Assembly: GCF_006345805.1 (NCBI RefSeq)
Contig: NC_043003.1
Location: 25,420,001-25,484,000 of the forward strand
Direction of reading: 5' to 3'
DNA from: Octopus sinensis
Taxonomy: Eukaryota
DNA length: 64,000 bases
Part shown: positions 1-11,682 of the stretch, one piece after another
How positions within the stretch are numbered: position 1 is the first letter of the stretch
Layout: every line of letters starts with the position of its first letter
The notes under the pieces: generated by a model
What the model was told of the DNA's origin: nothing
What the model saw: only the letters and a program-made list of their open reading frames with translations
Database searches by the model: none
Translations under genes and position numbers: made by a program

Positions 1-1248
1 GTATCTAGACACAGCTCTGCAGTTTGTCAAACAGCCCAACCCTTGTCAGCGTGGAAAATGGATATTAAATGATGAAGATGATGATCATCCACAGAGAAAA
101 TACTAAGAAAAAAGTATGGCAGAATATACTAAACTCCTAATATCACAATCCCTCACATCTCACTTAGAGGTATACCAACTACATATTCACCCAAATGCTA
201 TATCAGGTTATCAATCATCCCTCATAAATCCCAAGAAATTCAGTTCATAATGTCCATGGTCATATCAATTCCTGCCAGAATTTTTTTATCATTCTTGAGT
301 TGAAAGACATCAGATGAGATTCACATTTTGAAAACCAAACAACTGCACATGACAAAAACGGTCTTCACATTACCAGATTACATTATGGCATATTCAAGGT
401 ATTTCAAAAATTAATTTGGTTCAAAGTACCCCATTACACAGAATTCCCAATGAGGAGGAGTCTAAGTGGTCATTCAATTTGGTAGAAATAGCAACCAAAT
501 CTCCTTACAATAATCAAAACCAAAGGAAGTCATATAGGACTATGTAGTCCAAAAGAAACTACATCTGAAATGATGAGATGGTTGTAGCTAGAAAGTCTTT
601 GATAATAGGTCGGTTAACCCTTTAGTGTTTACATTATTCTGCCAAAATTAATCCCTTTTCATCCACATTGTTTTGAACTAATCATGCATTATCTTGTAGT
701 ATGAGCTGTTAATTTTTAAAACGATATTGTAGGGTTGGTGTGAGAGACCAGATCTGGCCTGTTTGAACATAAAACAGGCAGAATACTTTTGGCCGGATAT
801 GGCCGGTTTAAATAAAGGACTGAACAACAAAATAACTCTGCACATTTTGCAAAACATCCTCCCCTATTTTATAATCTGAATGTACCCAGCTGGTTGCTTT
901 CATCGTTCTAGCAAGATATTTTGCCTTAGTTACCAACATTGATTAAAAAAAGGGACTAGTAGAGCCTCTGTCTGCTAGAAACAGCAACCAAACCTTGTTC
1001 AAATCATACTCTAGAAAGGACACATTGGATACACTCTACTTGGTGAATAAAGAAAGGATGATCTGGTACTAAATAACAGCAAATGAATACTCAAGTCAAC
1101 AAGAGATGTTCTGCGTGACAGTGCAACCTGTAGGATATTAGTAACCAAATCTCACCTAAATCACACCCTACAATCATATAATAGAAAGGATACATAAGAG
1201 ATTATATTCTCAGATAAGCTATGTCAAAAGGATGAGTAGAATGTTTAT

Positions 1249-1520
1249 AGGTGCAGGAGTGGCTGTGTGGTAAGTAGCTTGCTTACCAACCACATGGTTT
1301 CGGGTTCAGTCCCACTACGTGGCACCTGGGGCAAGTGTCTTCTACTATAGCCTTGGGCCAACCAAAGCCTTATCAGTGGATTTGGTAGACAGAAACTGAA
1401 GGAAGCCCGTCGTATATATGTATATGTATGTGTGTCTGTGTTTGTCCCCCTACCATCGCTTGACAACCAATGGTGGTGTGTTTACTTCCCCGTAACTTAG
1501 CGTTTCGGCAAAAGAGACCG
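1249..1520 (+). mobile_element. tRNA-derived SINE family 1 (octopus OK/OR-like), 3' truncated
   Basis: Head with A box (TGGCTGTGTGG) and B box (GGTTCAGTCCC), then a CORE-like GGGCAAGTGTCTT segment. Matches the copies at 12659 and 51079. Confidence 0.85.
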
Positions 1521-1909
1521 AACTTAACACACAGCCACTCCTATGCCTATGTTGAGTACTTTTCTTTCATGTGTACACATTTATGCATTATACAGGTATA
1601 TCATCGTTCCATTCTTGCATGAGTCAGACTGAATTTGTTGAGGTGGGTTTTCTATGTAGCCATTCTATCTTTCATTAAGACATAGTTTGCCTAGGACTAC
1701 ATTTTCCAATGTCTTTCCTTGTAAAGTGATTTGAGGGAGATTTGTACCATATAGAGCCAAGTGAGCAGAGCTGTAATAAAAAAATGTTCCAGCTTTGACC
1801 AGTAGGATCTGATTTAAGGAAAATTTGGCCACTATTTCAAGCAGGTAGAGTGTAGAGGCTGAAGTTTCATATAACAACCAACATCCATCTAATAGAAATA
1901 GCAGTTAAA

Positions 1910-2314
1910 GGTGGCGAGCTGGCAGAAGCATTAGCACGCCGGGCGAAATGCCTAGCAGTATTTCGTCTGTCTTTGCGTTCTGAGTTCAAATTCTGCCGAA
2001 GTTGACTTTGCCATTCATCCTTTTGGGGTCGATAAATTAAGTACCAGTTACGTACTGGGGTCGATGTAATCAACTTAATACCTATGTCTGTCCATGTTTG
2101 TCCCCTCTATGTTTAACCCCTTGTAGGTAATAAAGAAATAGGTATTTTGTCTGTCTTTGCATTCTGAGTTCAAATTCCGCCGAAGTTGACTTTGCCTTTC
2201 ATCCTTTCGGGGTTGATAAATTAAGTACCAGTTATGCACTGGAGTCAATGTAATCGACTTAATCCCTTTGTCTGTCCCCTTTATGTTTAGCCCCATGTGG
2301 GCAATAAAGAAATA
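1910..2314 (+). mobile_element. tRNA-derived SINE family 2, internal dimer
   Basis: Head GGTGGCGAGCTGGCAGAA, B box GAGTTCAAATTC, core GCCTTTCATCCTTTCGGGGTCGATAAATTAAGTACC (resembles the Meta/MESC-type SINE core, recalled from memory). Body repeated twice. 16-bp TSD AGAAATAGCAGTTAAA (1894-1909; 2315-2330). Confidence 0.88.
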
Positions 2315-2968
2315 AGAAATAGCAGTTAAATCTCTCTTAAATTACGCTCTGTTATGAGAGGGCTCATTAGAGAAAAAAGACAAAATAGTCACTACAAGAA
2401 AGACTTTCACCATAGGTCTAACCTGAAGCTAAAAAAACTGAAGTAATGCTGTGATATATATTAAAACCTTGTGAACAGATACTGTAAATAAGAATGACAG
2501 ATACCTTTATTTAGTATTGGAGAACAAGCCAGTCATTGACAGACCTTGATATTTGGTTGCATGACCTGTCATGGATGTGGTTCAACTGTTGTTTAGCCCT
2601 AGGTCAGCCGTCATGAGGTAAAGCTATGATCATCAATGACATTCCAGCATTGATTAGTTTTCTTTCTTTCTTTTTTATAGGATAACATTGTCCAATTTGT
2701 CCCTTTCCCTGAAGACAGTAGTATGTGATTTGAAGGAGAGTTTTCTGTTATTTCCAGCGAGTCCAGATATACTGAACAGATGCTCTCGTTGACACTACAG
2801 CCATGGGAGATGTATGTCTGACGTGTGACCAGTAGAAATGTCCAGTTCTGTTTACATCGAAAGAATGCAGCATGCATGGCTAACTTAACATTATTACAAA
2901 TTGTTATTTACATAATTGCACTGCATAAATTAAATGTGACCATTTGCATTAATTAAATATTACACTTA

Positions 2969-3895
2969 CTAGACAGGATACAATCTACTTATGGTCATTA
3001 ACAAGTGGCCAAAAGGTTTCTTTTTCACCTTATTTTTCCACAAAAATTCGTGGAGATACGACGAAAATAATGCATCACTGGTGCCGCATTGCTTTTTTAA
3101 TTTTCTTTTCGCTCGCATCCATGTATTCTCGATAATCTGTGCGTGTACATTCGGATCGTTTTGGTTCACGATATCCCGTTCGTGCACCACAGAGTCGTTC
3201 GAGTACAATCTAAAATCGATATCTTTCAGCAGATCGAAAGATACCCATGCATCAGCAATGATGCGGCTACCCGGAAGGATCCATTGTCGGATGATAGGCT
3301 CCAACGTTTGCTGTTTTCTGTTGGGGACTTCAACCATACAGCACTTACCACTCCGGCGTTCAATCGCACCAAACACCCAGTGACCAGCCCTCCACTGGCC
3401 CTTGTGGTATCTGCTGTTTAGAAATTTCGATTCACCCAGCTCTACCACAATGGGAGTACCGTCCTCGCCCACACCTCCAAGTACTGTGGGTGATTTCTGG
3501 AGATCCCATTCCACTACTTCTCGCAGAAAATTACACCAGTCTACAATTGTGTTCTTATTCACATGGAGTTGCTCCATCATTTCTTTCTGCTGGTAGTCCT
3601 CAACCCACATGTTAATTAAAAGAAGAAGGTCCAGTAACGACATGCGACTTCTTTCAAAAAAAGACCCTTTTCGAATGGATTGGGTAAAATTGTGCCGGCG
3701 ACAGTTCCAAATCTTCTTGTCGAGTTTCTTCGTCAGAGTAATAAGTGTACACGGTTCGCCACACGTACCACAGTTGACAGAGTTACTTAAGAGTCTCCGT
3801 TTTGCCATCCATTCAATTGCTGAATCTATGTCCATTGTTTGAGTGGCTAACTCCAGCAGTGTACATGATTCTTCTTTGATTTCATCTTCATCCAT
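2969..3895 (-). CDS. Merlin/IS1595 (ISXO2-like DDE) transposase-derived protein, 308 aa, intact ORF, first catalytic Asp replaced by Gly
   Basis: N-terminal CGTC...WNCRRH zinc-ribbon-like motif, SIRKGSFF, TIVDWCNFLREV, VVELGESKF (family consensus VVEIDESKF), WVFGAIER, VPNRKQQTLEPIIRQWILPGSRIIADAW and HAQIIENTW. Probable ATG at 3895, just after a TTGTAG acceptor (AG at 3922-3921). The ORF-track extension to 4021 is probably intronic. Confidence 0.88.
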   Translation of the reverse strand: MDEDEIKEESCTLLELATQTMDIDSAIEWMAKRRLLSNSVNCGTCGEPCTLITLTKKLDKKIWNCRRHNFTQSIRKGSFFERSRMSLLDLLLLINMWVEDYQQKEMMEQLHVNKNTIVDWCNFLREVVEWDLQKSPTVLGGVGEDGTPIVVELGESKFLNSRYHKGQWRAGHWVFGAIERRSGKCCMVEVPNRKQQTLEPIIRQWILPGSRIIADAWVSFDLLKDIDFRLYSNDSVVHERDIVNQNDPNVHAQIIENTWMRAKRKLKKQCGTSDALFSSYLHEFLWKNKVKKKPFGHLLMTISRLYPV

Positions 3896-4791
3896 CACTT
3901 TGTCCGCAATTCTTTTTCTTCTACAATACGTCATTACGAAAGAGTAAATTGAAGTGGAGTGAGAACAATAAATTTCCTTCGAACTGTTTTCATTTACTGT
4001 GTGAAAGAAAGGATGATACAAAGCCAGTTACATGGAACATAATAGTTATTGATTAGTTATATAATTTTAAAAATGAACAATCAGAAGTTAAAAAATAAAG
4101 AAAATAGATTTTGAATTATTTTTTATTGAATACGTACGTACAAGAAAGTTTAATTAAATATACAAAATTCGGTGAATGTTTATCAAAGTTCGAAAACTTC
4201 CTACCGGAAATGGGATTTCAGATTTCGGAAAACTGAATGAAATCAAAACTATACAATCAAAGGAGAGAACAAAGAAAAAAGGATTTACATGGAACTCTAA
4301 AGTCAAAATACAACTTCGTAGTATTATGACATTTAATAATGTTAATAATGTAACGTGATGGACTTAAACAAAAATGTTAAACTTGAAGTTGTATGAGTGT
4401 TTTTTTCTCCTTTCCTGCTAAACACCATACCTTATGGTGAGCCTTTACTCCTTCAGAATTGTAAATGACCTGACGCAAATGAAATTTCCAAATATGCAAA
4501 CGATTTCTCAGGGTTTTTTTGTTTTTTCTTCTTCTCTTGAGACAAATTTGAAAGTTTCGACAAGTTTACACAATGGAACTCTTGTAACAAGGGGAGTTAA
4601 TTCATTTAAATAGTAACAGAAGAGTTTCTTCTCACTCTTAGCAACGAAGGTGAGGCGGGGGGGGGGGCTATATAGTCGTTCGGTAAGTAGCAGACAAATA
4701 TCCTCCTTAGATACATCGGACTATGATCAATGGCTAGACCACTTGATCATATGTGCCTTGACGAGGAAAAGTCTCCAACAATTAAATTGTC

Positions 4792-5244
4792 GGCGATATT
4801 TCGCTTGTCGTAGCACAAGTTTCCGTCGATTTCCGTAAAAAACTTTTATTTTTTTACATAAGTAATGAGAGCGAAAGAGACTAAGAGGAAGCGATTTTAT
4901 GACGAGGAAATTTCTCTTTGAAGTCCCCGTGTGTGTGTTTGATGGGGTGTGGGAGACAGACAGTATGTTGTGTAAGTGAAGTGCTTCTGTTAGTGTGTGC
5001 GAAGAGACAGAGAGAGTAATGTGTGAAAGAGAGAGATAACTGAAATTTTTTACTCGGTGTATGTGTATATGTATGTCTGCATGTATGTGTGTGTGTGTAT
5101 GTATCTATGTATGTGTGTGTGTATGTATCTATGTATGTGTGTGTATGTATGTATGGCCGATTCAGTGTTTACATTTTTTACGGAAATCGACAATCGACGG
5201 AGGAAATCGACGGAAACGTGTGCTACGACAAGCGAAACTTCGCC
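4792..5244. mobile_element. Merlin-like MITE (453 bp)
   Basis: ~43-bp TIRs (GGCGATATTTCGCTTGTCGTAGCACAAGTTTCCGTCGATTTCC at 4792 and its near-perfect reverse complement ending at 5244). Flanked by an 8-bp near-duplication, AAATTGTC (4784-4791) / AAATTGGC (5245-5252). GG-starting TIRs with an 8-bp TSD are Merlin hallmarks. Internal (GT)-rich microsatellite. Confidence 0.8.
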
Positions 5245-8215
5245 AAATTGGCGATATTTCGAGCAGCCTTTAAACGATCTGGACGGAGACTTCGTGGTCA
5301 TTTGACAATTAGTGGGCCGCAGGTGTTAATGTGGTGTTTAACATTATTATACTTGATTGCATTGCTTCTAAACACCAGACGAGAAATGTTTGGGTACTTA
5401 CGGAGAACAGAGCTGTATCATGAATACAAAATAACAGGGCTTGTTGTGGGTGTCCAGGCAGTTATACCGCACACCAAGAAGTTGGTTATACTATCAATAA
5501 GCCTTCTGCGTTTAACATCTACTGAGAAGCTGAAATAGCGAAGGAAATCAGCTCCTAAAATTGGAATCAGCTAGTTAGCGAAGATGAAAACCTATTGAAA
5601 AGAATGATAAAGGCCTAAATCCAGAATAAGAGACTGTTCACTGATTGTTAGAATCAGTGAATGATCGCCACTTGCAGAAATATTGGCGTAGGTTTTCTAA
5701 TGTATTAGGGAAACTGAAATTTTGCTTACCTCGGTACCCAAATTGACAAGGAAACATGTACCTGATAGTTTGTCACTACTGAAAAAGAGATGGTTTTGTT
5801 TATTGGAACCAGGCATATTTGCTGCCCTTAATCCCAGGCTGCTTTGTCTCCTGGAATAGGAGTCTTTTCAGAAAAAGAACAGGGTGGCTCACAGTTGCAA
5901 TTGTACTTGACAAATTTGTAGTGACACCAGGAAATCCAATCAGGCTGTGGAGTACAGATGGAGCTTTAAGTACATCAATAATTAAAATACCAAGAAGCGA
6001 TCTAACTTGAAGCAATGTGAAAATCAGTGCTGGGTTGTGTAATCAGAATGGTGATACTTGCAAAATAACAGTTGCCATATCTATGACAGAAAAGGGTACT
6101 GATATGTCATGCTCTGATTAGAGTACTAGTAGAAAGTCCAATTGTTGGTTTCATGTGGTTTGATTTGTCTCAAATCATAACAGAGCTGTGCAGTTTGTTT
6201 CTTTATGGAGATCACCAAATGTAACAGATGATTGATTACTAGCCTTCAATAAAAGCATACTATAATGCACCTGGAGCATTAGTAGAAATGATTTATATAA
6301 AACCATAGTCAATGGAACTTTAAAGATTGGATTTTTTTCAAGTCCCTGTTGAACAATGAGGAAATTCAAGTGATGGGCCCGTGGCTTCTTGTTCACAAGA
6401 CTACTTTCACTCACAGCCTGACTTCTCACTATGCCAGAGTGACAATCATCTATGAGAGCATCTAGAACTTGCTGAGTTCAGTTCCTCCAACAAGATGACA
6501 TCATGCTCACTTCTGTGAAACCAGAGTTAAGTCGATTTCCAGTAGAGCTTGGTCTTTCAGATGGTTCTATATCTTCATCTGAAAAAATATCTATTCACCC
6601 ATCTAATTATTTGGAATGAACATATTGATGAAGAGTGTTGATGTTAAATAAGATGGACTGTTGGATCATATTTGTTAGGATTCAACTGTCTCAGTAAAAC
6701 TTCACCATATTCAGAAAGCCAGTCAGGTAAAGATTGCAGTGCTTAAATATAAGTGGCCTGGTTAGTCACTGTGCAAAGGAGGGGGCCGAATCACAGAGCA
6801 ATTCCCATAAAGCATCACTCTATCATTTGTCTGGTGAGTGTTATTATTTTCCTAAGACTATCCTTTTAGACAATCTACTTGACTGTATCCTGGAGGATAG
6901 TATAGATGGATTGGTCATAGTTCGGTCATTTTTATTGATCCCCACTAAAAGTACAAACATCTCAATACATAAATAGAGATTGTTGGTCTGAATAGACTGA
7001 AGCAGGAGACATGAAGAATATATTTTAAAGACAATGAACTAGTGTAGAAACTGTCATATGTGAACATGAAAAGTGTAAAAGGATGCCTTAAGTATTCATC
7101 TATAACAACAAACAAATAGAAAAAAAAAGGTAGACTATGGCAGAGTACCTTTGAAGTTGACATGGAGATTCACAAATGGCTTTATGGATTTGATAAGTTT
7201 AGCATGAGAAGAATGAAAAAAAATCATGATTTCATGTTTGATATGACCTTTCTTTTATAAGATGGTAGGGTGAAATTTGAAGGAAATTTGACTGCTATAT
7301 CTAGCAAGTCAAACAACCACATAGTGGCTGCTTCTTGTTGGTTTTGTATATTACAATTATTGCTTACTCAATATTTCCCATACTGTGTCTTTTCTATATC
7401 GTCATCTTTTAATGTCCATTCCCCATGCTGGCATGGATTTCACTGTTTGACAGGAGTTGGCCAGTTGGAGAGTTGTTTGGGTGCCATTTGTCTGTTTTGG
7501 CATGGTTTCTACAGCTGCATGCCCTTCCTAATGCCAACCACTTTACAGTGTACTGGGTGCTTTTAATTCAAAACACAAACTAGGGATCTTTTCCTTTTGA
7601 ACGGCACTTTGTAACATAATTTCTAGGTAACTAAAAGGTTTTAAACTTCGTATACTGGTAGAATGTGTTTATAAAACATCATTTTCTCTTGGCTTTATTG
7701 AGAAAATTCTATATGTTGTAACATATTTCGTCTTTAATTTCGAGCATTTCGGCAATTTTAACCAATCACTGGCGTCCATTTAGGTAAATAACATTCTGTG
7801 CATAATGAATATGTCCCTCCTTTAAGAAACAGATTGGGTTTATTTACATTTGTGAAGAAAAAAGATACCCTTCGCACACAATACGATAATGACGACCCTT
7901 GTGTAATAACATTCTTCACCACATGGTCAAATACATCAAAAATATTCTTTCCTCTTTCTGTAAATATATCTGACAACATACATATTTATTCTGAAAGAAT
8001 ACTTTTATTAAAAATAACTAGGTGGTAAGTATAGTGTGGATAAATTTGTGGTTATATAATAATGCAGTGGGATAAGCTACTACTCAGAAAAATGACTTCC
8101 CACGAATAGCTTGGCAATATCAATTTTCTCCTATGTAAGCATTATTATGACATCATAACAATATTTGTTGGATGTATTTTGTGACAGATAGAACAATGTT
8201 ATACTTTCTCTTTAA

Positions 8216-8437
8216 CCTTTTAATATTCGGAGTACTCCATCAAATTTAATGCTTTTTGATTCACACTCTTTTTAGAGTAATCATGCATTATCTTGTAGCT
8301 TTAAGATTTTGATGATGTGGTTGCTCATTTTTAGAATGACATTGTAGGGTAGGTGTGAGAGGCTGAATATGGCCAGTCTGAACATAAAAACATGTAGAAT
8401 ATTTGGGCTGGAAACGGCTGGTTTAAATACTAAATGG
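8216..8437. mobile_element. piggyBac-like MITE (TTAA-flanked)
   Basis: TTAA|CC...GG|TTAA ends. Same family at ~618-815, 32541-32762 (reverse) and 62886-63052. Confidence 0.7.
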
Positions 8438-8489
8438 TTAATGTAAAGTTATTTCTTTGATGGAATTATTTAATACAGTTATCACAATG

Positions 8490-9011
8490 TTATTGTTTCT
8501 CTCCTGTATGAACACGTTTATGACAAGATAAAATATTACTTCTGGAAAAAGTTTTACCACAAATATCACAGTGATATGGTTTCTCTCCTGTGTGAATACG
8601 TATATGGGTATATAAATTAGTATTATGAGAAAACATTTTACCACAAATATCACAGTGGTATTTTTTCTCTCCTGTGTGAACACGTTTATGAGAAGATAAA
8701 TCACTATTTCTAGAAAAAGCTTTACCACAGATATCACACTGATGTGGTTTCTCTCCTGTGTGAATTCGTTTATGAACAGATAAACTACTTCTACGAGATA
8801 ATGACTTTCCACAAATATCACAATAGTAATATTTCCCACCGGTGTGAATATGTTTGTGGCAAGCTAAATGATCACTCCGTGAGAAAGATTTGCCACAAAT
8901 ATCACAGTGATATGGTTTTTCATCTGTGTGAATACGTTTGTGTTTCGTCAAGTTACTCTTTAAAGAAAATGTTTTATCACAGATATCGCAGGAATATGGC
9001 CTTTTCTCCAT
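8490..9011 (-). CDS. C2H2 zinc-finger protein A (173 aa, 6 tandem Kruppel-type fingers)
   Basis: Six CxxC-x12-HxxxH repeats with TGEK-type linkers. The upstream region (9012-9220) is a disrupted homologue of the paralog's N-terminus. Confidence 0.85.
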   Translation of the reverse strand: MEKRPYSCDICDKTFSLKSNLTKHKRIHTDEKPYHCDICGKSFSRSDHLACHKHIHTGGKYYYCDICGKSLSRRSSLSVHKRIHTGEKPHQCDICGKAFSRNSDLSSHKRVHTGEKKYHCDICGKMFSHNTNLYTHIRIHTGEKPYHCDICGKTFSRSNILSCHKRVHTGEKQ

Positions 9012-11235
9012 ATGAATATATTAGTGAGAAATTGGACTATTTTTAATGAATCTTTTAGCACAAATTTTTCACATATAAAATGTCAATCTTGTGTGAATTA
9101 ACTTATTGGTTTTCTTCTGAAAATGACATTTTATAGATCTCACAGAGGTTAGACTTTTCCCAAGAAATTTTCAGTCTCCTCAGAACATCAATCTGATTCT
9201 CACACAATTCTTTCTCTATTACTCTTTTTTATCTTCCAACATTAAGGTATCTTTTCTTTCTTTTCTCATTTTAATTTACAATATAAATATATTTAGCACC
9301 AAGTGATATTTGTCAAAATGAGAGACTATTTCAGTTCAAGATTAATCAATCACATAAGGATTAATTTAGCTAAGATAATATTTTATTAAAAGAAATTAAA
9401 TATTAAAGGATCACTGAAATAACTCCAGTTATTAAGTAACATCTGTATGACTATCCTTGCAAAGAAAGTGGTTAAATCTTTAGCTGAGATTGTTCCCAGC
9501 TTAATCTCTCCAGAAAAAATGTATAACATACATTTCCATTCAATAAAGTTTGTAATTAATTTCAATAAGAATAAAATCTTTCTTTGAAAGTTGCTATATA
9601 TATTGATATATTTGATGTGAAAAGTTCTTTTAATGTCCAAGCCCTGTAATATCCTGAAATAAAAGAAAAAAAGATATAGTTAAATATCAATATAATTTTT
9701 ATTTTGTTAGAGAGAAGAAATTGAGAAGATATAGGAAACAATTCATTGTTATGGAAATGTGCTGGAAATGGTTGATGAAAACTTTGCACAAGTGGTGAAG
9801 ATATGAATGTATTTATGAGATTAGCAAGCCAAACTTACAATATATAAAGCTGTAATAATAATGTTGCAAGGGGACACCAAAATTGTAATGATTTACATGT
9901 ACCCAATAAATGAGAGGAAAATATTATTAGTTGAAATGGCCTTTTATTATATCATTACAATGTAAGACACAACTTCTTTGAGTTGTTGTACACAGAGGAA
10001 TTTTAGTTCTATAGTGCGTCTTGTAGGTAGTTATATTCATCTTTTGTTGACTGTTAGAAGATGGGTGGAAAAAGAGAAGAGAGTCTACTTCTATGGGCTG
10101 ACAAGTAGAGAGGGTGAAAGTTGTATTGTTGTGCACAAGCCATACCTGATGTGAGAAACAAACAGATGTGCTCTTCCAGTGATGGGCCAAGTGTAGAGGT
10201 AGAACCGATTTTGGATTCCATATTTATAATTTTTCTAACCAAATTAAGTTAAGCTATACAAATGATTTTCCATCTCTTATCTGCCTGAATCCTATTTAAC
10301 CTAAGAATGTTAAACAATAGAACTGTGGTGTTATGAGCCAGGCTGTGCTGTAGGGAAGGACTAGAAATGAGGGAGTACACATATCCTGTGAGTGTGTGGA
10401 GTTGGCGATGTGTGAGCGGTGAGTTGGCAGTGGACAGTGTATGAGAGCAGACCTGTTAGACAGTACAGTGGTAGACAGAGCACATAGACGTTGTGAGGAA
10501 CTCCTTCCACATAGACGGTGAGCTGGCAGAAACGTTAGTATGCCAGGCGAAATGCTTAGCGGTATTTCATCTACCATTACGTTCTGAGTTCAAATTCCGC
10601 CAAGGTCGACTTTGCCTTTCATACTTTCGGGGTCGATTAAATAAGTACTACTTATGCACGGGGGTCGATATAATCGACTTAATCTGTTTGTCTGTCCTTG
10701 CTTGTCTTCTCTGTGTTTAGCCCCTTGTGGGTAGTAAAGAAATAGGCATGGTGGCAGACAGAGCATGTGGACATTGTGAGTGACCCTTCCAGATAGACAA
10801 GTAAGATTACTGTAATTCACTCTGTGCTTCTGTCTTTTCCTCCTTCACATCGCAAGCTATTTCAGCTCACAAAAAAAACAAAACATGATGGGTATAGTCC
10901 ATGTTTGGAATGAGACAGTTAGGCTATTTTGCAGTTATGGAGACATCACCGCTTGGTTGAAAAAAGTTAAGTTGGTGGCAAGACTCCATGGTATAGATGA
11001 CCTAGTGAGTTTCATACCATTGTACCTTGATGGATTGGTGTTGGCGCTACACCTCAAAATGGAGGAGTAGGACCAGATAAGCACAGAAAAAATAGAAGTC
11101 CGGCTGTTTCCTCATAACTTTCTTTAAAATTGCATGTCTTTTAATGGAATGCTCTAGAGATACATTTTAGTTGTCATAGAATACGATAATGTGATGGCAA
11201 AGTTTTATAAGAGAAGTGTGCTCCAAAGACAAGTT

Positions 11236-11682
11236 TATCTTTTACTTGTTTTTGTCATTTGATTGTGGCCGTGCTGGGGAGCCGCTCTGGGGTTTTTGGT
11301 CGAACAAATCAACCCCAGTACTTTTTTTTTCAAGTCTGCTACTGATTCTTTCGATATGTCTTGCTAGCGCAGGTAAAGAATACGCACACCACCCATTTTC
11401 AGCGTAACCCTAACCCTAACCCGAAACACCGGGTGTGAGTATTCTTTACCTTCGCCCGCTTTGGTGGTTGTGAATCGGTGATGGGGACAGACAGACAAAC
11501 ACACATACGTACATTTACGATGGGCTTTTTTCAGTTTCCGTCTAACAAATTGACTCACAAGGATTTGGTCGGGCCGGGGCTATAGTAGAAAACACTTGGC
11601 CAAGGTGGCATACAGTGGGATGGAACCCGGTATCATTTGGTTGGGAAGCAAACTTCTTACTACATAGCTATGCTTGCACCTA
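11236..11682 (-). mobile_element. SINE family 1 copy (carries the telomeric-repeat MITE)
   Basis: Reverse complement of the family-1 consensus from head to tail. Confidence 0.8.
11366..11456. mobile_element. 91-bp MITE-like hairpin with internal (TAACCC)3
   Basis: ~24-bp TIRs GCGCAGGTAAAGAATACGCACACC / GGTGTGAGTATTCTTTACCTTCGC, with telomeric repeats at 11405-11422. Sits inside a SINE. No clear TSD. Confidence 0.7.

Noticed and set aside
1249-1325. tRNA-like A/B box sequences here and in many other repeats
   Set aside because: These are SINE heads without complete cloverleafs. No true tRNA gene was identified.
2991-3842. Several plus-strand ORFs (64-130 aa)
   Set aside because: Antisense shadows of the Merlin-derived CDS, with no recognisable motifs.
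5050-5538. ORFs rich in VCVY/THIH repeats (also 48180-48404 and 58570-58880)
   Set aside because: Microsatellite translations.
8438-9046. Hydrophobic alternate-frame and antisense ORFs over ZNF-A (likewise 18748-19126 over ZNF-B)
   Set aside because: Typical off-frame translations of C2H2 repeats.
10329-10873. Possible solo LTR (TGTTATGAGC...GCTCACAA) with a SINE inside
   Set aside because: No convincing CA end or TSD, so too weak to call.
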